Positions 27,624-37,683 of a stretch of DNA of 64,000 nucleotides are shown one piece after another; positions within the stretch are counted from its first letter, which is position 1; each line of letters starts with the position of its first letter. This stretch comes from Gemmatimonadaceae bacterium (lineage in GTDB: Bacteria; Gemmatimonadota; Gemmatimonadetes; Gemmatimonadales; Gemmatimonadaceae), in NCBI GenBank assembly GCA_051859245.1, contig JBHYGA010000004.1:640001-704000 (forward strand). Reading direction: 5' to 3'. Below the pieces are notes generated by a model that saw nothing but the letters and a program-made list of their open reading frames with translations, was not told the origin of the DNA and did not search any database. The translations under genes were made by a program, and so were the position numbers.

Positions 27624-30518
27624 GTGAAAACTCGGCGCACGCTGCCTGCGCCCTCGGTGCGATTCCGCACCGACTTGGGCATCGTGTGCGCCATCCTTGG
27701 CACGATGCTGATGCTGACTGTGCGCACCACCGGGCACGCACAGTCGTCGCGCGGATCAGCCACCGCGATTGATACGTCGCGCATCTCGCTCACTCTGTCG
27801 AACGTGCCGTTGCAAACGGCGCTTGAGCGACTGGTGGAGGTAAGCGGCATCAATCTGGTGTTCGATACGCGCGTACTCCGCGCCGGCGACGATCCGTCAC
27901 CGCGCGTGTCCTGTCGCGTGAACCGCGCGCCGCCGGAAACTTTGTTGTCGTGCATCGTGCAGGCGGCGGGGCTCGACTACTACCGCATGTCATCCGGAAC
28001 GTACGTGGTGATTGCGCGCGCCGAAGATGTGCCAGCGTACGCCACGCTGAGCGGCATCGTGGTTGATGCGTCGAGCGGCTCACCACTGCCGCAGGCGCGT
28101 ATCGCCTTGGCGGAACGCACCGATGTTCGCGTTGCCAACGATGCGGGCTCATTCGCCTTCGGTCGGCTCGCGCCCGGCAACTATCGCTTGTCCATTCAGG
28201 CAATCGGTTACGAGCCGTACAAAATCGAGCTCGCGATTCCACCCGATGGCCGACTGCGCGAGCGGTTTACGCTCCAGCGCTACGCGGTGATGACAACGCC
28301 AGTTGTCGTGAACGGATTACAACCCGGCACGGCATCCACCACGCTGGGCGGCACCGAGTTTGTCGGGAATGTGGCGACGCCGCTGGTACTCGGCCCTGGC
28401 CTGTACATGCCAGGCGCGCCAAGCGCGCTTGGGCTGACGCGCCGAGATGGTCTGGGTGATTTGCACATCCAGGGTGGTGAGGCGGGAGAACATGTGTGGC
28501 GGCTGGATGGCGTCCCGATTTTTGACGCGGCCACGCTTGCTGGCGTGTTCGGTGCGTTCTCACCGCTCGCGATTGAAGAGTTGCGTGTACGTCGTGCCGG
28601 ATACGAAACACGCGCCGGAAGCTTCACCGCGGGCGTGATTGATCTCTCGCACGGTTTTGGAGATGCGGCGGCGAGTGAACCCGTGCAAACGGCGGCGCAA
28701 GCGGATCCATTCTCTGCCTCAGCACGTGTGGTGGCGCCCATTTCGTTTCGCGGCACACGACTCACGACAATGGTGTCCGCGCGCACTGGACTATGGGATG
28801 TCTATCAGCCGAGTACGCTCGCGAATGCCATTCGTGCGTGGAACGTGCCGGATCCCATCTTGCTGGGACGACTCACGGGAATCGGTCGGTCGCTGGCCAG
28901 TGATTTGCCCGTGATTTCGCGGCCGTACACGATTGAGAGTGGCACGACGGATGTCACGCTGCGCGACTACCATGTCGCCACACGCGCGGAAATCGGTGCG
29001 TTTCAGCGCTTGACGGCTTCGCTGTACGTTGGGCAGCACGGCGTAGCGACCGTAACGGAAGCGCGTCCGTCGCTCACTGCGCTCGAGCAAAGCAGTATCG
29101 CGATCATCAACTCATCGGTGACGCAACAGGAAACGCGCGCAACGGATGCGTATGCCTGGCGAACGATCGCCGGACAAATCAAGCATGAACAGTTGCACGG
29201 CGCGCGCGTGGCCCACACGCTGCAACTACGTGGCAGTGAACACGCGCTGGATCATGATTTTTCCATGGTCATTGGTGCGTCGCCGCTGAATCAGGACCCG
29301 CCGCGTCGCGATGGAAACCGCGTGCGTGAGTTCGCTGCAGTGGGCGGCGTGCAGATTGCGGGTGGTGGCTCATGGGATCTCGATCTGGGGAGCGAGGTTG
29401 CCTACACCGAGGCCGTGCTTGATTTGCGCAACGGCGTGCTGCGCGCGCTTGGCAGCGACGAACGTGCGTGGCGCGTTGGTGGGCATGCCGAAGTGAAAAA
29501 GCGGATCGGCACACGACATTGGATTGATGCCGGACTGCGGATCACGCAGCTCGTGAACACCGGCCGTGCCTATCTGGAACCACGCATTGCGTTGCGTTCA
29601 GATGGTGAAAGCGAAGAGTGGGGTCCGTGGGCGTGGCGACTTGGTGGCGGTGTGTATCGCCAATTTGTGAATCAGTATGACGTGGCGACATCGAACCCAA
29701 CGGCGCTGGTGCCGAGTGTTCGCTTCTGGTTGCCGACAGATGGTCGTGATGGTGTTGCCACAGCCTATCACTTGTCCGGTGAAGGTGTGATCACGCCCGG
29801 TGGACGTTGGCAACTTCGTGGTGAGTGGTACGCGAAGTGGCAGCCGACCATCATGGCGTTCGACTACGGCGTGCTGTTGAATCGCGACACGTTGTTGCCA
29901 CTCGCGGTTCCGCCGAGTGCCTACGTGTCAACAGCAACCGGACATGCGTACGGTGTGGGGCTGCGTGCCGTACGAGACGGCTATCTGTGGTGGACTGGTT
30001 GGTCGGATCGGACCAGAGGTCTGCCGGTGCGGGTTGAAGCCGGCTACGACTTTGGTGTCTCGCGCCGAACGTTCCCGTCGCGCTTTGAAGGCAGCATGCA
30101 ACCCACGCCATGGAACGAGCCGCATCGTGCGTTGGTGTCGGTGGAATTGCGGCCCGGCGGTGGTTGGTTGTTGGCGGCGCGCTCGCGCGGGACGTGGGGA
30201 CGCACGTGGGGACTTCGCCAGTCGTATTACGATTTGTTAACGGTCGGTGATCTCGGCGCGGGGTTGCCAATTACCAATCCCGGTGACGCAACGCGACCCG
30301 CAATTCTTGAAACGGATCTTGGTGTGACGTGGACCACGCGTGTTGGTCCGTGGCGCGCAGAAATCGGTGCGGCGGTGCAAAACGTGTTCAACCGTGCGAA
30401 TGTGCTTGACTACAGCTTGAGCCGGCCGAGCGCGGCAGACAGTGATGCATCCTATGTGCAGGTTCCTCGCTATCTCCCCGGTGTGCTGCCATCACTGAGT
30501 GTGCGCATTCTCCCGTGA
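27624..30518 (+). CDS. TonB-dependent receptor with N-terminal signalling (STN-like) and carboxypeptidase-like domains
   Basis: VPLQTALERL; GIVVDASSGSPLPQA; plug region IQGG...LDGVPIF...AGVIDL; EPRIAL; VQNVFNRAN. Confidence 0.85.
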   Translation: MKTRRTLPAPSVRFRTDLGIVCAILGTMLMLTVRTTGHAQSSRGSATAIDTSRISLTLSNVPLQTALERLVEVSGINLVFDTRVLRAGDDPSPRVSCRVNRAPPETLLSCIVQAAGLDYYRMSSGTYVVIARAEDVPAYATLSGIVVDASSGSPLPQARIALAERTDVRVANDAGSFAFGRLAPGNYRLSIQAIGYEPYKIELAIPPDGRLRERFTLQRYAVMTTPVVVNGLQPGTASTTLGGTEFVGNVATPLVLGPGLYMPGAPSALGLTRRDGLGDLHIQGGEAGEHVWRLDGVPIFDAATLAGVFGAFSPLAIEELRVRRAGYETRAGSFTAGVIDLSHGFGDAAASEPVQTAAQADPFSASARVVAPISFRGTRLTTMVSARTGLWDVYQPSTLANAIRAWNVPDPILLGRLTGIGRSLASDLPVISRPYTIESGTTDVTLRDYHVATRAEIGAFQRLTASLYVGQHGVATVTEARPSLTALEQSSIAIINSSVTQQETRATDAYAWRTIAGQIKHEQLHGARVAHTLQLRGSEHALDHDFSMVIGASPLNQDPPRRDGNRVREFAAVGGVQIAGGGSWDLDLGSEVAYTEAVLDLRNGVLRALGSDERAWRVGGHAEVKKRIGTRHWIDAGLRITQLVNTGRAYLEPRIALRSDGESEEWGPWAWRLGGGVYRQFVNQYDVATSNPTALVPSVRFWLPTDGRDGVATAYHLSGEGVITPGGRWQLRGEWYAKWQPTIMAFDYGVLLNRDTLLPLAVPPSAYVSTATGHAYGVGLRAVRDGYLWWTGWSDRTRGLPVRVEAGYDFGVSRRTFPSRFEGSMQPTPWNEPHRALVSVELRPGGGWLLAARSRGTWGRTWGLRQSYYDLLTVGDLGAGLPITNPGDATRPAILETDLGVTWTTRVGPWRAEIGAAVQNVFNRANVLDYSLSRPSAADSDASYVQVPRYLPGVLPSLSVRILP

Positions 30519-30636
30519 TGCATCACACCAAACGGAACCCCGGCATTTGCGTGGTGACTCACTCTGCACTTGTACGTCGAGCGCGATGACACGGAGGTGA
30601 TCGCGCTCACTGCTGCCAGAGTGAGGATCACCGTTC

Positions 30637-31548
30637 ATGAACACATTGCACATTCTGCGTCGCGCCTCAGTGGCCGTCGCCATGCTGTCCGTCCTGAGTG
30701 CGTGCAGCGACGACGACAGCACGTCGCCAGAACCCAACAACACCGTGCTCGAGGTTGCATCGTCTGATACGCGACTGACATCGCTGGTGACCGCGTTGGA
30801 GACGGCGGAACTTGAGGCGTCACTCGAAGGCACGGGGCCGTTCACCGTGTTTGCACCGATCAATACCGCATTCGAGGCGCTGCCCAATGGTGTTGCGTCT
30901 GCACTGCTCGAAACCGAGAATCGCGAAGCGCTCCAGGACCTGCTTCGGTATCATGTCGTGCCGGGCCGGTACACGAGAGCGCAGCTCACGGATGGTCTGG
31001 AATTGACGACGCTGTCCGGACAGACACTCTCGGTGCGCGTGGGAACTGACGGCCTGGTGACTGTTGATGGCGTCGCGGTTGTAGACAGCGACGTTGATGC
31101 GTCAAACGGTGTAATCCACACGGTTGGTCGTGTGCTCACGCAGGGGTTGAACGTCGTGGAACTCGCTGCCGTGATGCCCGACCTCACCACACTGGTGAGC
31201 GCAATTGAAACGGCGGGTCTCAGCACGACACTCAGTGCCGAGGGCAGTGCGCTCACGCTCTTCGCGCCGAACAACGCTTCGTTTGCCGCGCTCGGTGATG
31301 CGGTCCCCAGCGATCCTGCCGCACTGGCGCAGGTGCTGAAGTTGCACGTCGTCAACTCACGCAATGAGAGCAGCGCGCTGACCAACGAACAGGCCCTGAC
31401 CACCCTGCTCGGCACAAACATCACGGTCGCGATTGACGGCAACAATATTCAGCTCGTTGGTCCGACCAACACGGTCAACATAACCGTGCGCGATCTGATG
31501 GCCAGCAACGGCATCATACACGTGATTGACGCGGTGCTGGTTCCGTAG
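30637..31548 (+). CDS. Fasciclin (FAS1 x2) lipoprotein
   Basis: VLSAC lipobox; FTVFAPIN...YHVV...ASNGVIH and LTLFAPNN...LHVV...[13 protein letters not shown]. Confidence 0.92.
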   Translation: MNTLHILRRASVAVAMLSVLSACSDDDSTSPEPNNTVLEVASSDTRLTSLVTALETAELEASLEGTGPFTVFAPINTAFEALPNGVASALLETENREALQDLLRYHVVPGRYTRAQLTDGLELTTLSGQTLSVRVGTDGLVTVDGVAVVDSDVDASNGVIHTVGRVLTQGLNVVELAAVMPDLTTLVSAIETAGLSTTLSAEGSALTLFAPNNASFAALGDAVPSDPAALAQVLKLHVVNSRNESSALTNEQALTTLLGTNITVAIDGNNIQLVGPTNTVNITVRDLMASNGIIHVIDAVLVP

Positions 31549-31720
31549 CTGCAGGCGCATCACTGCGCGCTGGTGTGGTATCACCATCGTCGCGCAGCAT
31601 GCGAAGCGCGGGCGTGTCCAGGTCATCAAACTGGCCACGCCCTGCGGCCCAGATAAACGCCCACACGGCGATGCCGACAACAAACAGGGCCAGCGGAACA
31701 ACGAGGTAAAGCACGCTCAT
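31514..31720 (-). CDS. ccoS: cbb3-type cytochrome oxidase assembly protein CcoS
   Basis: TM helix plus [19 protein letters not shown]. Confidence 0.9.
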   Translation of the reverse strand: MSVLYLVVPLALFVVGIAVWAFIWAAGRGQFDDLDTPALRMLRDDGDTTPARSDAPAATEPAPRQSRV

Positions 31721-34242
31721 GTCATGCGCACCGGTTCGAGACGCGTGGGTACGTTTGACGCTGCAGCCGGCGGATTGTCAGCCGGTGGTTCAAACGAACG
31801 CCCTTTCCATGACGCGAGCACCACCGTGAGCGAGCTCAGCGGCATCAGGATGGCCGCGATCAGCGGCGTGAGCAGACCTGCAATAGCCAACGACGCGCCG
31901 ATCACATTGTAGGTGAGTGAGAAGGCAAAGTTACGGTTGATTACGCGCACCGTTCGCTCAGCGCCCACGATCAGTTCACGGAGCGGCAGGAGTCCGGGGC
32001 GCGCGAGAAATACGTCGGCGTTTGCGAGGCACGCTTCGGCGCCGCCATGCACACCGACGCCCACACTCGCCGCGGCAATGGCGGCAGCGTCGTTGACGCC
32101 ATCGCCCACCATAACGACGGATTGTCCGGCCGCGCGCAGTGTTTCGACGAGGTGCAGCTTGTCTTCCGGCGACATGGCGCCGTGCACATCACGCGTCTCA
32201 AAGCCGAGTGTTTCCCCCACTGCGTGCGCCACGTGTAGCGTGTCGCCCGATGCCATCACGGTCCGCCAGCCGCGAGCGCGAAGATCTGCCAGCACCTCGT
32301 GCGCGTCGCTTCTGATGCGATCGCCAATGCCTGCGGCAGCCACCAGAACACCGTCTACGGCGATGTACACGGGCGTCAGTGTACGATCGAGTCCAGCGAG
32401 CGCCCGCATGAACTCCGGAGCTCCAGGCGCGGCATGGGCTTGCACAAATGCCGGTGAACCCACAATCACCTCATGCTCGTTCACCACGCCACGAAGGCCG
32501 CCACCGCTCACATGCTCTGCTGTGTCGACCACGTGCACGTCATGATCGGGCCAGGCGCGGCGAAATCCGTCGGCAATCGGATGTGATGACCCCGCTTCGA
32601 GCGAGAGCACCAGCGACTGCACGGAGGAATCGCCAATCCACTGCGCCAACGTGGTGTGTCCTTCAGTGAGTGTGCCCGTCTTGTCGAGCACCAGCACGCC
32701 GGGCTTGGAGAGCACTTCAAGTGCGTCGCCACCTTTCACGAGAATCCCGCCGCGTGCCGCACGGCCAACCGCCACGGTCACCGCAAGCGGTGTGGCGAGC
32801 GCGAGCGCGCATGGACACGTCACGACCAGCAGCGCGATCACATCGTCAAGCGCCGTGGCGGAACCGGTTGACAACTTGAACAGGTACACGAGTACTGAGA
32901 CCGTCAACACCACGGCCACAAACACTGCCGCCAGGCGATCGGCGGCAATTACAACCGGCGCGCGTCGTTGCGCGGACTGCTCCACCTGTTGCAGCAGGCG
33001 CGCCACTCGACTGCTCTCACCCGACGCGGTCACGCGCACACGCGCCGGCACCGACACGTTCAGCGTACCGGCGAATACCGGGTCGCCGTGTTGCACGCGT
33101 GACGGTCGTGATTCGCCCGTGAGCAACGCCGCGTTCACAGTCGTGCTCTCCGACTCCAGAACGCCGTCTGCCGCAAACGACTCACCGGCGCGAATGTCGA
33201 GCAACATGCCGGGCAACACCGCTTCGGTGGGTAACTCGTGCAGGGTACCATCTGCTGACACGACGCGTGCGGTAGCGGGTGTGAGTGCATACAACAGTTC
33301 TGCTGAATCACTGGCCAGTCGCTGTCCACGCTGCTGGAGAAATCGGCCAACGAGCAGTGCGAACACAAGAATCGCCAGCCCGTCAAAGTAGATGGGACCG
33401 GCGTCGGACACGGTGTTCACCGCGCCGCGCACAAAGCCTGCTGCCAGCGCGATCGCGATGGGTAAATCCATATGCAAGGATCGCGTGCGCAGCGCGGCCC
33501 AGGCGCCCGTAAAGAACACGCGACCGGGCCAGATCAGCGCCGGCAGCGTGAGCGCCATGCTCAGCCAGCGAAAGAATCGCGTGTGTGCCGGATCCATCCA
33601 CGCGATTTCACCGCTGTATAACGCGAGCGCAAAGAGCATCACGTTGCCGGCGATGGCACCCGCCACACCGATGCGCGTGAGCATGCGCCGATCTTCTGCG
33701 CGACGCACGTTGTCTCGCGCGACGCCACGAAACGGATGCGGCGCGTACCCGAGTGCATCGAGTGTGCGGGCAATCTGCGAGAGCGGCGTGGACGCGGCAT
33801 CCCATTCGACCACGGCACGCGCGCGACGTACATCGAGCTCGGCGCGGGCGACGCCTGGTACCAGAATCGGCACGCGCTCAACCAGCCACACACATGACGC
33901 GCAGTGCACGCCTTCGAGATACAGCTCGATGCGGGAGTGACCGTCAGCGGTCGTGCGAACGTGCAAGGCAGCAAAGGCCGGGTGATCGAACTCCTCGTAG
34001 CTTCGTCCGGTGCGATGCACGGGCACGTCGCGCCGGTCGGCAAATCGATAGAACTGTTCAAGGCCATGATCGCGCAGCAGTGCAAACGCTGTGCGGCAGC
34101 CGGCGCAGCAAAACTGTTGCGGCGAATCACGCTCGACAAACGCCGACGGAACGGGCAGTGTGCAGTGCGCACACGCTACATCGGCACTCACCCGATCAAG
34201 CGCACGTGGTACCAACGTCTGCTCAAGCAGTTCAGTGTGCAT
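31717..34242 (-). CDS. ccoI: P1B-type Cu ATPase CcoI/FixI
   Basis: CAHC..CCAGC, CASC, TGES, CPC, DKTGT, HP, GDGVND, YN, MPLSS. Confidence 0.93.
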   Translation of the reverse strand: MHTELLEQTLVPRALDRVSADVACAHCTLPVPSAFVERDSPQQFCCAGCRTAFALLRDHGLEQFYRFADRRDVPVHRTGRSYEEFDHPAFAALHVRTTADGHSRIELYLEGVHCASCVWLVERVPILVPGVARAELDVRRARAVVEWDAASTPLSQIARTLDALGYAPHPFRGVARDNVRRAEDRRMLTRIGVAGAIAGNVMLFALALYSGEIAWMDPAHTRFFRWLSMALTLPALIWPGRVFFTGAWAALRTRSLHMDLPIAIALAAGFVRGAVNTVSDAGPIYFDGLAILVFALLVGRFLQQRGQRLASDSAELLYALTPATARVVSADGTLHELPTEAVLPGMLLDIRAGESFAADGVLESESTTVNAALLTGESRPSRVQHGDPVFAGTLNVSVPARVRVTASGESSRVARLLQQVEQSAQRRAPVVIAADRLAAVFVAVVLTVSVLVYLFKLSTGSATALDDVIALLVVTCPCALALATPLAVTVAVGRAARGGILVKGGDALEVLSKPGVLVLDKTGTLTEGHTTLAQWIGDSSVQSLVLSLEAGSSHPIADGFRRAWPDHDVHVVDTAEHVSGGGLRGVVNEHEVIVGSPAFVQAHAAPGAPEFMRALAGLDRTLTPVYIAVDGVLVAAAGIGDRIRSDAHEVLADLRARGWRTVMASGDTLHVAHAVGETLGFETRDVHGAMSPEDKLHLVETLRAAGQSVVMVGDGVNDAAAIAAASVGVGVHGGAEACLANADVFLARPGLLPLRELIVGAERTVRVINRNFAFSLTYNVIGASLAIAGLLTPLIAAILMPLSSLTVVLASWKGRSFEPPADNPPAAASNVPTRLEPVRMT

Positions 34243-35017
34243 GCGGCACGCTCGGCGTCGCGTTGGGCGACGTCGTGAGGGGGTTGTGTGACGCGTGTGC
34301 AGAAATCGCGCCCAGGCGATTACCGAGCGACGCGATGCCAAAGCCGATGACGATCAGCGCGCTCACCACCGGGAGTGAGCGTTGCAAGCGGCCTGATGCG
34401 CGTCGCATTCCAACGGCCACGGCTACAAGTGCCGGCACCGTGCCAATCCAGAAGAGCGTCATGAATGCCGCGCCACGCAGCGCCGATCCTGTGCCGGCGG
34501 CTGTGACCACAAACGCATACAACCAACCGCACGGCATCAGCCCGGTGAGCACACCGAGCAGGGAGGCACGAACAAGTACGGTTCGTTGCTGCACCAGCAG
34601 CAACGCACTGCCAATGACACGAGCCGCGCGTTCGGGCACGGCACCACTCACAAACGCAGGCAGCACACGCACGTTGAACGCCTGTGCGAGCAGCGCGGCG
34701 CCCCAAATCAGCAGCAGCGCGCCCGTAACAACCGACGCGGTCCGCTGCACGCCGCCCAGCGCGCCGAGATCATCGAGTGTGGCGCCTACCGATCCTACCA
34801 GCGCTCCGAGCAATGCATAGGCCGCGAGACGTCCACCATGATACGCGACGTGACCGGTCAGCCTTGGCTTTGACACACTGCGAGACGACGGCGCGCCGCT
34901 GGCGTCGCTGCCGTACAGGCATGCGAACCCGCCGCACATGGCGGCGCAGTGCAAGCTGCCGAGCAGGCTTGCCGTGAGAACGCCAAACGCCAGCGTCGGC
35001 GAGGCGGCAAAGTCCAT
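34232..35017 (-). CDS. DsbD_2/TauE-SafE-like membrane protein of cbb3 assembly clusters
   Basis: GSLHCAAMCGG, YHGGR, GLMPCGWLY, FWIGTVP. Confidence 0.88.
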   Translation of the reverse strand: MDFAASPTLAFGVLTASLLGSLHCAAMCGGFACLYGSDASGAPSSRSVSKPRLTGHVAYHGGRLAAYALLGALVGSVGATLDDLGALGGVQRTASVVTGALLLIWGAALLAQAFNVRVLPAFVSGAVPERAARVIGSALLLVQQRTVLVRASLLGVLTGLMPCGWLYAFVVTAAGTGSALRGAAFMTLFWIGTVPALVAVAVGMRRASGRLQRSLPVVSALIVIGFGIASLGNRLGAISAHASHNPLTTSPNATPSVPHAH

Positions 35018-35019
35018 GA

Positions 35020-35529
35020 TCAGGGCCCGGCTGGTGTGATCAGGTCGCGTTCCGTATCAATGCGAACCGTTTCCTGAAAGCGATCGGTTTGTCGTTGCGC
35101 TGCGAGGCGAAGTTCCCATATCCCATCGCGTGGCATGGGCACCGTCACCACGTATTGTCCGGCGGCGTTCTCGGTAAACGCGATGCGTTGTACATCGTTG
35201 GCCCGCGCCACGTGCAGCAGCGATCCGGACAGTGAGGCGTTGCGCACGGCGGCGCCGGTGTTGTCGGTGAGCTCGATCGTGAGCGTGCGCGAGCCGGAGT
35301 TCTCCGCTGCGTTCAGTGCTGACACATGCGCGCTGAGACGCCAGTGCAGAGCATCACTTTCGGCCACTCGCTCTTGCGTGGAATCCCAGGCCACGGCTTT
35401 GCGATAGTAGTCCGGCTCCACCGCGAACGAAGGATCGTCGCGCGTGAGCACAATCACGCTGATATTGCTGGCGACGGTGGCCACGAGAATGACCACCACG
35501 CCAATAGGCCAGCCCATTCCTTTCTTCAT
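35020..35529 (-). CDS. ccoH: FixH/CcoH family protein
   Basis: N-terminal TM, VEPDYYRKAVAW, GIWELRL; lies directly after ccoG with an ATGA overlap. Confidence 0.82.
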   Translation of the reverse strand: MKKGMGWPIGVVVILVATVASNISVIVLTRDDPSFAVEPDYYRKAVAWDSTQERVAESDALHWRLSAHVSALNAAENSGSRTLTIELTDNTGAAVRNASLSGSLLHVARANDVQRIAFTENAAGQYVVTVPMPRDGIWELRLAAQRQTDRFQETVRIDTERDLITPAGP

Positions 35530-36911
35530 GGTGTTGCTCCTGACGGACCCTGCAAACGCCACAGAATGACATTCGAGAATCGCGCACCGTCTGTAACAGT
35601 GATGGTGATGGCGTGTTCGCCATTCACAAAACGCTCGCGTGGCAGCAATACGAACACCGATGTTTCGCGTGTCACGCCGCCACCAACAAGCAGTGGATTT
35701 TCCGGTGAGATCACGCGACCGCCGGTAACACCGTCGAGCGCAATGGTGTAGCGGGCGTCGTCACTGCCGCGATTGGTGACCTTGATGCGAATCTGATTGG
35801 CGATGCGACCGTCGGCTTCTTCCGAGAAGGGGGCGCCGAGTCCTCGCAATACGGTGACGTCGGCAGATTCCTTGATGGCCATAGCGTAGAGCAGCGCACC
35901 GAGCGAAAGCGAGAGCGCCAGCGGATACAGCACCACGCGCGGCCGCAGGAATCGGCGCGGCTTGCCTGCGAGCGCTTCCTGGGAGGAATAGCGAATGAGT
36001 CCGCGTGGTTTTCCCACCTTGTCCATGATGGAATCGCAGGCGTCGATGCACTGCGTGCAATGCACGCACTCCATCTGCAAACCGTTTCGGATGTCGATGC
36101 CGGTGGGGCAGGTCGTCACGCACGCTTTGCAGTCGATACAGTCGCCAGCGCCGGCAGTGCCTGGCTTGCCGCGCGGTTCACCGCGATTGAAGTCGTACGC
36201 CACAATCACCGACTGGCGATCGAGCAGTACCGACTGCCAGCGACCATACGGGCACGCGATCAGACAGGTCTGTTCGCGAAAGTACGTGAAGTTGTACCAG
36301 ATGGCGATGGTCGTAATCGCCATCACCATGAACGATGTAGGATGCTCAAACGGTGACCGTTGTACCCACACCGCCAACTGTTCCGTGCCCACGAAGTACG
36401 CGAGAAATGTGTGCGCCAGAAACAACGAAAGCGCCGCGTAGATCGCGTACTTGAGCAAACGGCGAGGTCCCCAGAACTTTCCCTCGCGGTCGAGATTGCG
36501 CGAGCCGGTGTATCCGCCCTCGAGCAACCGCTCGATTGGCCGGAAGAGAAACTCCAGATACACCGTTTGCGGACAGCCCCAACCGCACCATACACGTCCA
36601 AACAGTGCGGTGAGCAGGAAGATGCCGATCACGACACTCGCTAACAGCAGCATGAACAGCAGCGTGTCGGTGGGCAGAAATGTGTAGCCCATCAACGTGA
36701 ACTCGCGTTTCGGAAAGCTCATCAGAAACGCAGGCTTTCCGAAAATCCGCACGTGCGGAATGGCGAAGAACACGAACATCAGCGCGTACGCGACGATCCG
36801 ACGACGCTTCAACCACACGCCATCGGACGGACGCGGACGAATCCAGTTGCGCGATCCGTCTTCGTTCAGTGTTGGCAGTACACGGCCAGCGGCGACCGGG
36901 TGACTGCTCAT
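35526..36911 (-). CDS. ccoG: Cytochrome c oxidase accessory 4Fe-4S protein CcoG
   Basis: GRVWCGWGCPQTV, CLIACPYG, CIDCKACVTTCPTGIDIR, CVHCTQCIDAC. Confidence 0.95.
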   Translation of the reverse strand: MSSHPVAAGRVLPTLNEDGSRNWIRPRPSDGVWLKRRRIVAYALMFVFFAIPHVRIFGKPAFLMSFPKREFTLMGYTFLPTDTLLFMLLLASVVIGIFLLTALFGRVWCGWGCPQTVYLEFLFRPIERLLEGGYTGSRNLDREGKFWGPRRLLKYAIYAALSLFLAHTFLAYFVGTEQLAVWVQRSPFEHPTSFMVMAITTIAIWYNFTYFREQTCLIACPYGRWQSVLLDRQSVIVAYDFNRGEPRGKPGTAGAGDCIDCKACVTTCPTGIDIRNGLQMECVHCTQCIDACDSIMDKVGKPRGLIRYSSQEALAGKPRRFLRPRVVLYPLALSLSLGALLYAMAIKESADVTVLRGLGAPFSEEADGRIANQIRIKVTNRGSDDARYTIALDGVTGGRVISPENPLLVGGGVTRETSVFVLLPRERFVNGEHAITITVTDGARFSNVILWRLQGPSGATP

Positions 36912-37486
36912 GGCGTGTACGGTTCCCCTTCTGGTGGCTTGGGATTGCTTGGTGATGTGCCGCGCAGCGAGAGGACGTACGCCGTCACCTGCGACATCTG
37001 TTCAGGCGTCAGCGACTTTTCCCACGGTGGCATTCCCTTGGCCAGTACGCCCACTGCAATCGTGTTGTAGACGGAATCCGGTGCACCGCCGTGAATCCAG
37101 TTGGCATCGGTCAGATTCGGGCCGATCAAACCGCCACCATCGGGTCCGTGACATGATGCGCAGTACGATTTGAAGACTTCTTCGCCTTCTTCGACCGCTT
37201 CTTCATCACTCGACATGGCCAACAGCGCGGCCGCTTCCGGACGAGAAGGTGCGGCCGGCTGCAACGCGGCGGCAGCGGCCATTTCTGCCTCGTAGTCGGC
37301 AACGCGACCTTTGCCGTTGCCAACCGGTCCAACGTTGAAGAGATAAACCACCGAGAATATCACGGTGCCTGCAAACGTAAGCAGCCACCAGCGCGGCATG
37401 GGATTGTCGTACTCGCGAATGCCATCGTATTCGTGCTCGAGCAGACGCGGCCCCTCGCCGCCGGATTCATTGGTCGGATCGGCCAT
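36908..37486 (-). CDS. ccoP: cbb3-type oxidase subunit III CcoP (single heme)
   Basis: HEYDGIREYDNPMPRWW; one CASCH; GMPPW. Confidence 0.92.
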   Translation of the reverse strand: MADPTNESGGEGPRLLEHEYDGIREYDNPMPRWWLLTFAGTVIFSVVYLFNVGPVGNGKGRVADYEAEMAAAAALQPAAPSRPEAAALLAMSSDEEAVEEGEEVFKSYCASCHGPDGGGLIGPNLTDANWIHGGAPDSVYNTIAVGVLAKGMPPWEKSLTPEQMSQVTAYVLSLRGTSPSNPKPPEGEPYTP

Positions 37487-37488
37487 GG

Positions 37489-37683
37489 TCAGTCCTTGCG
37501 CGGCACGGCCGCATATGAGGCGTCTTCATCGAGCGGCAAGCGAGCGGCATCCTGCAAGTCCTGCTGACGACCGGGCAAGAAGAGTCGAACGGCCACGGCC
37601 ACGAAGACGATCAGAAAAATCACCATCGCGACTTCGGCATACATCGAGAGATTCGCGTGGCCCATGATGTCGGAGAGCTTCAT
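37489..37683 (-). CDS. ccoQ: cbb3-type oxidase subunit CcoQ
   Basis: Single TM plus AARLPLDED, between ccoO and ccoP. Confidence 0.85.
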   Translation of the reverse strand: MKLSDIMGHANLSMYAEVAMVIFLIVFVAVAVRLFLPGRQQDLQDAARLPLDEDASYAAVPRKD

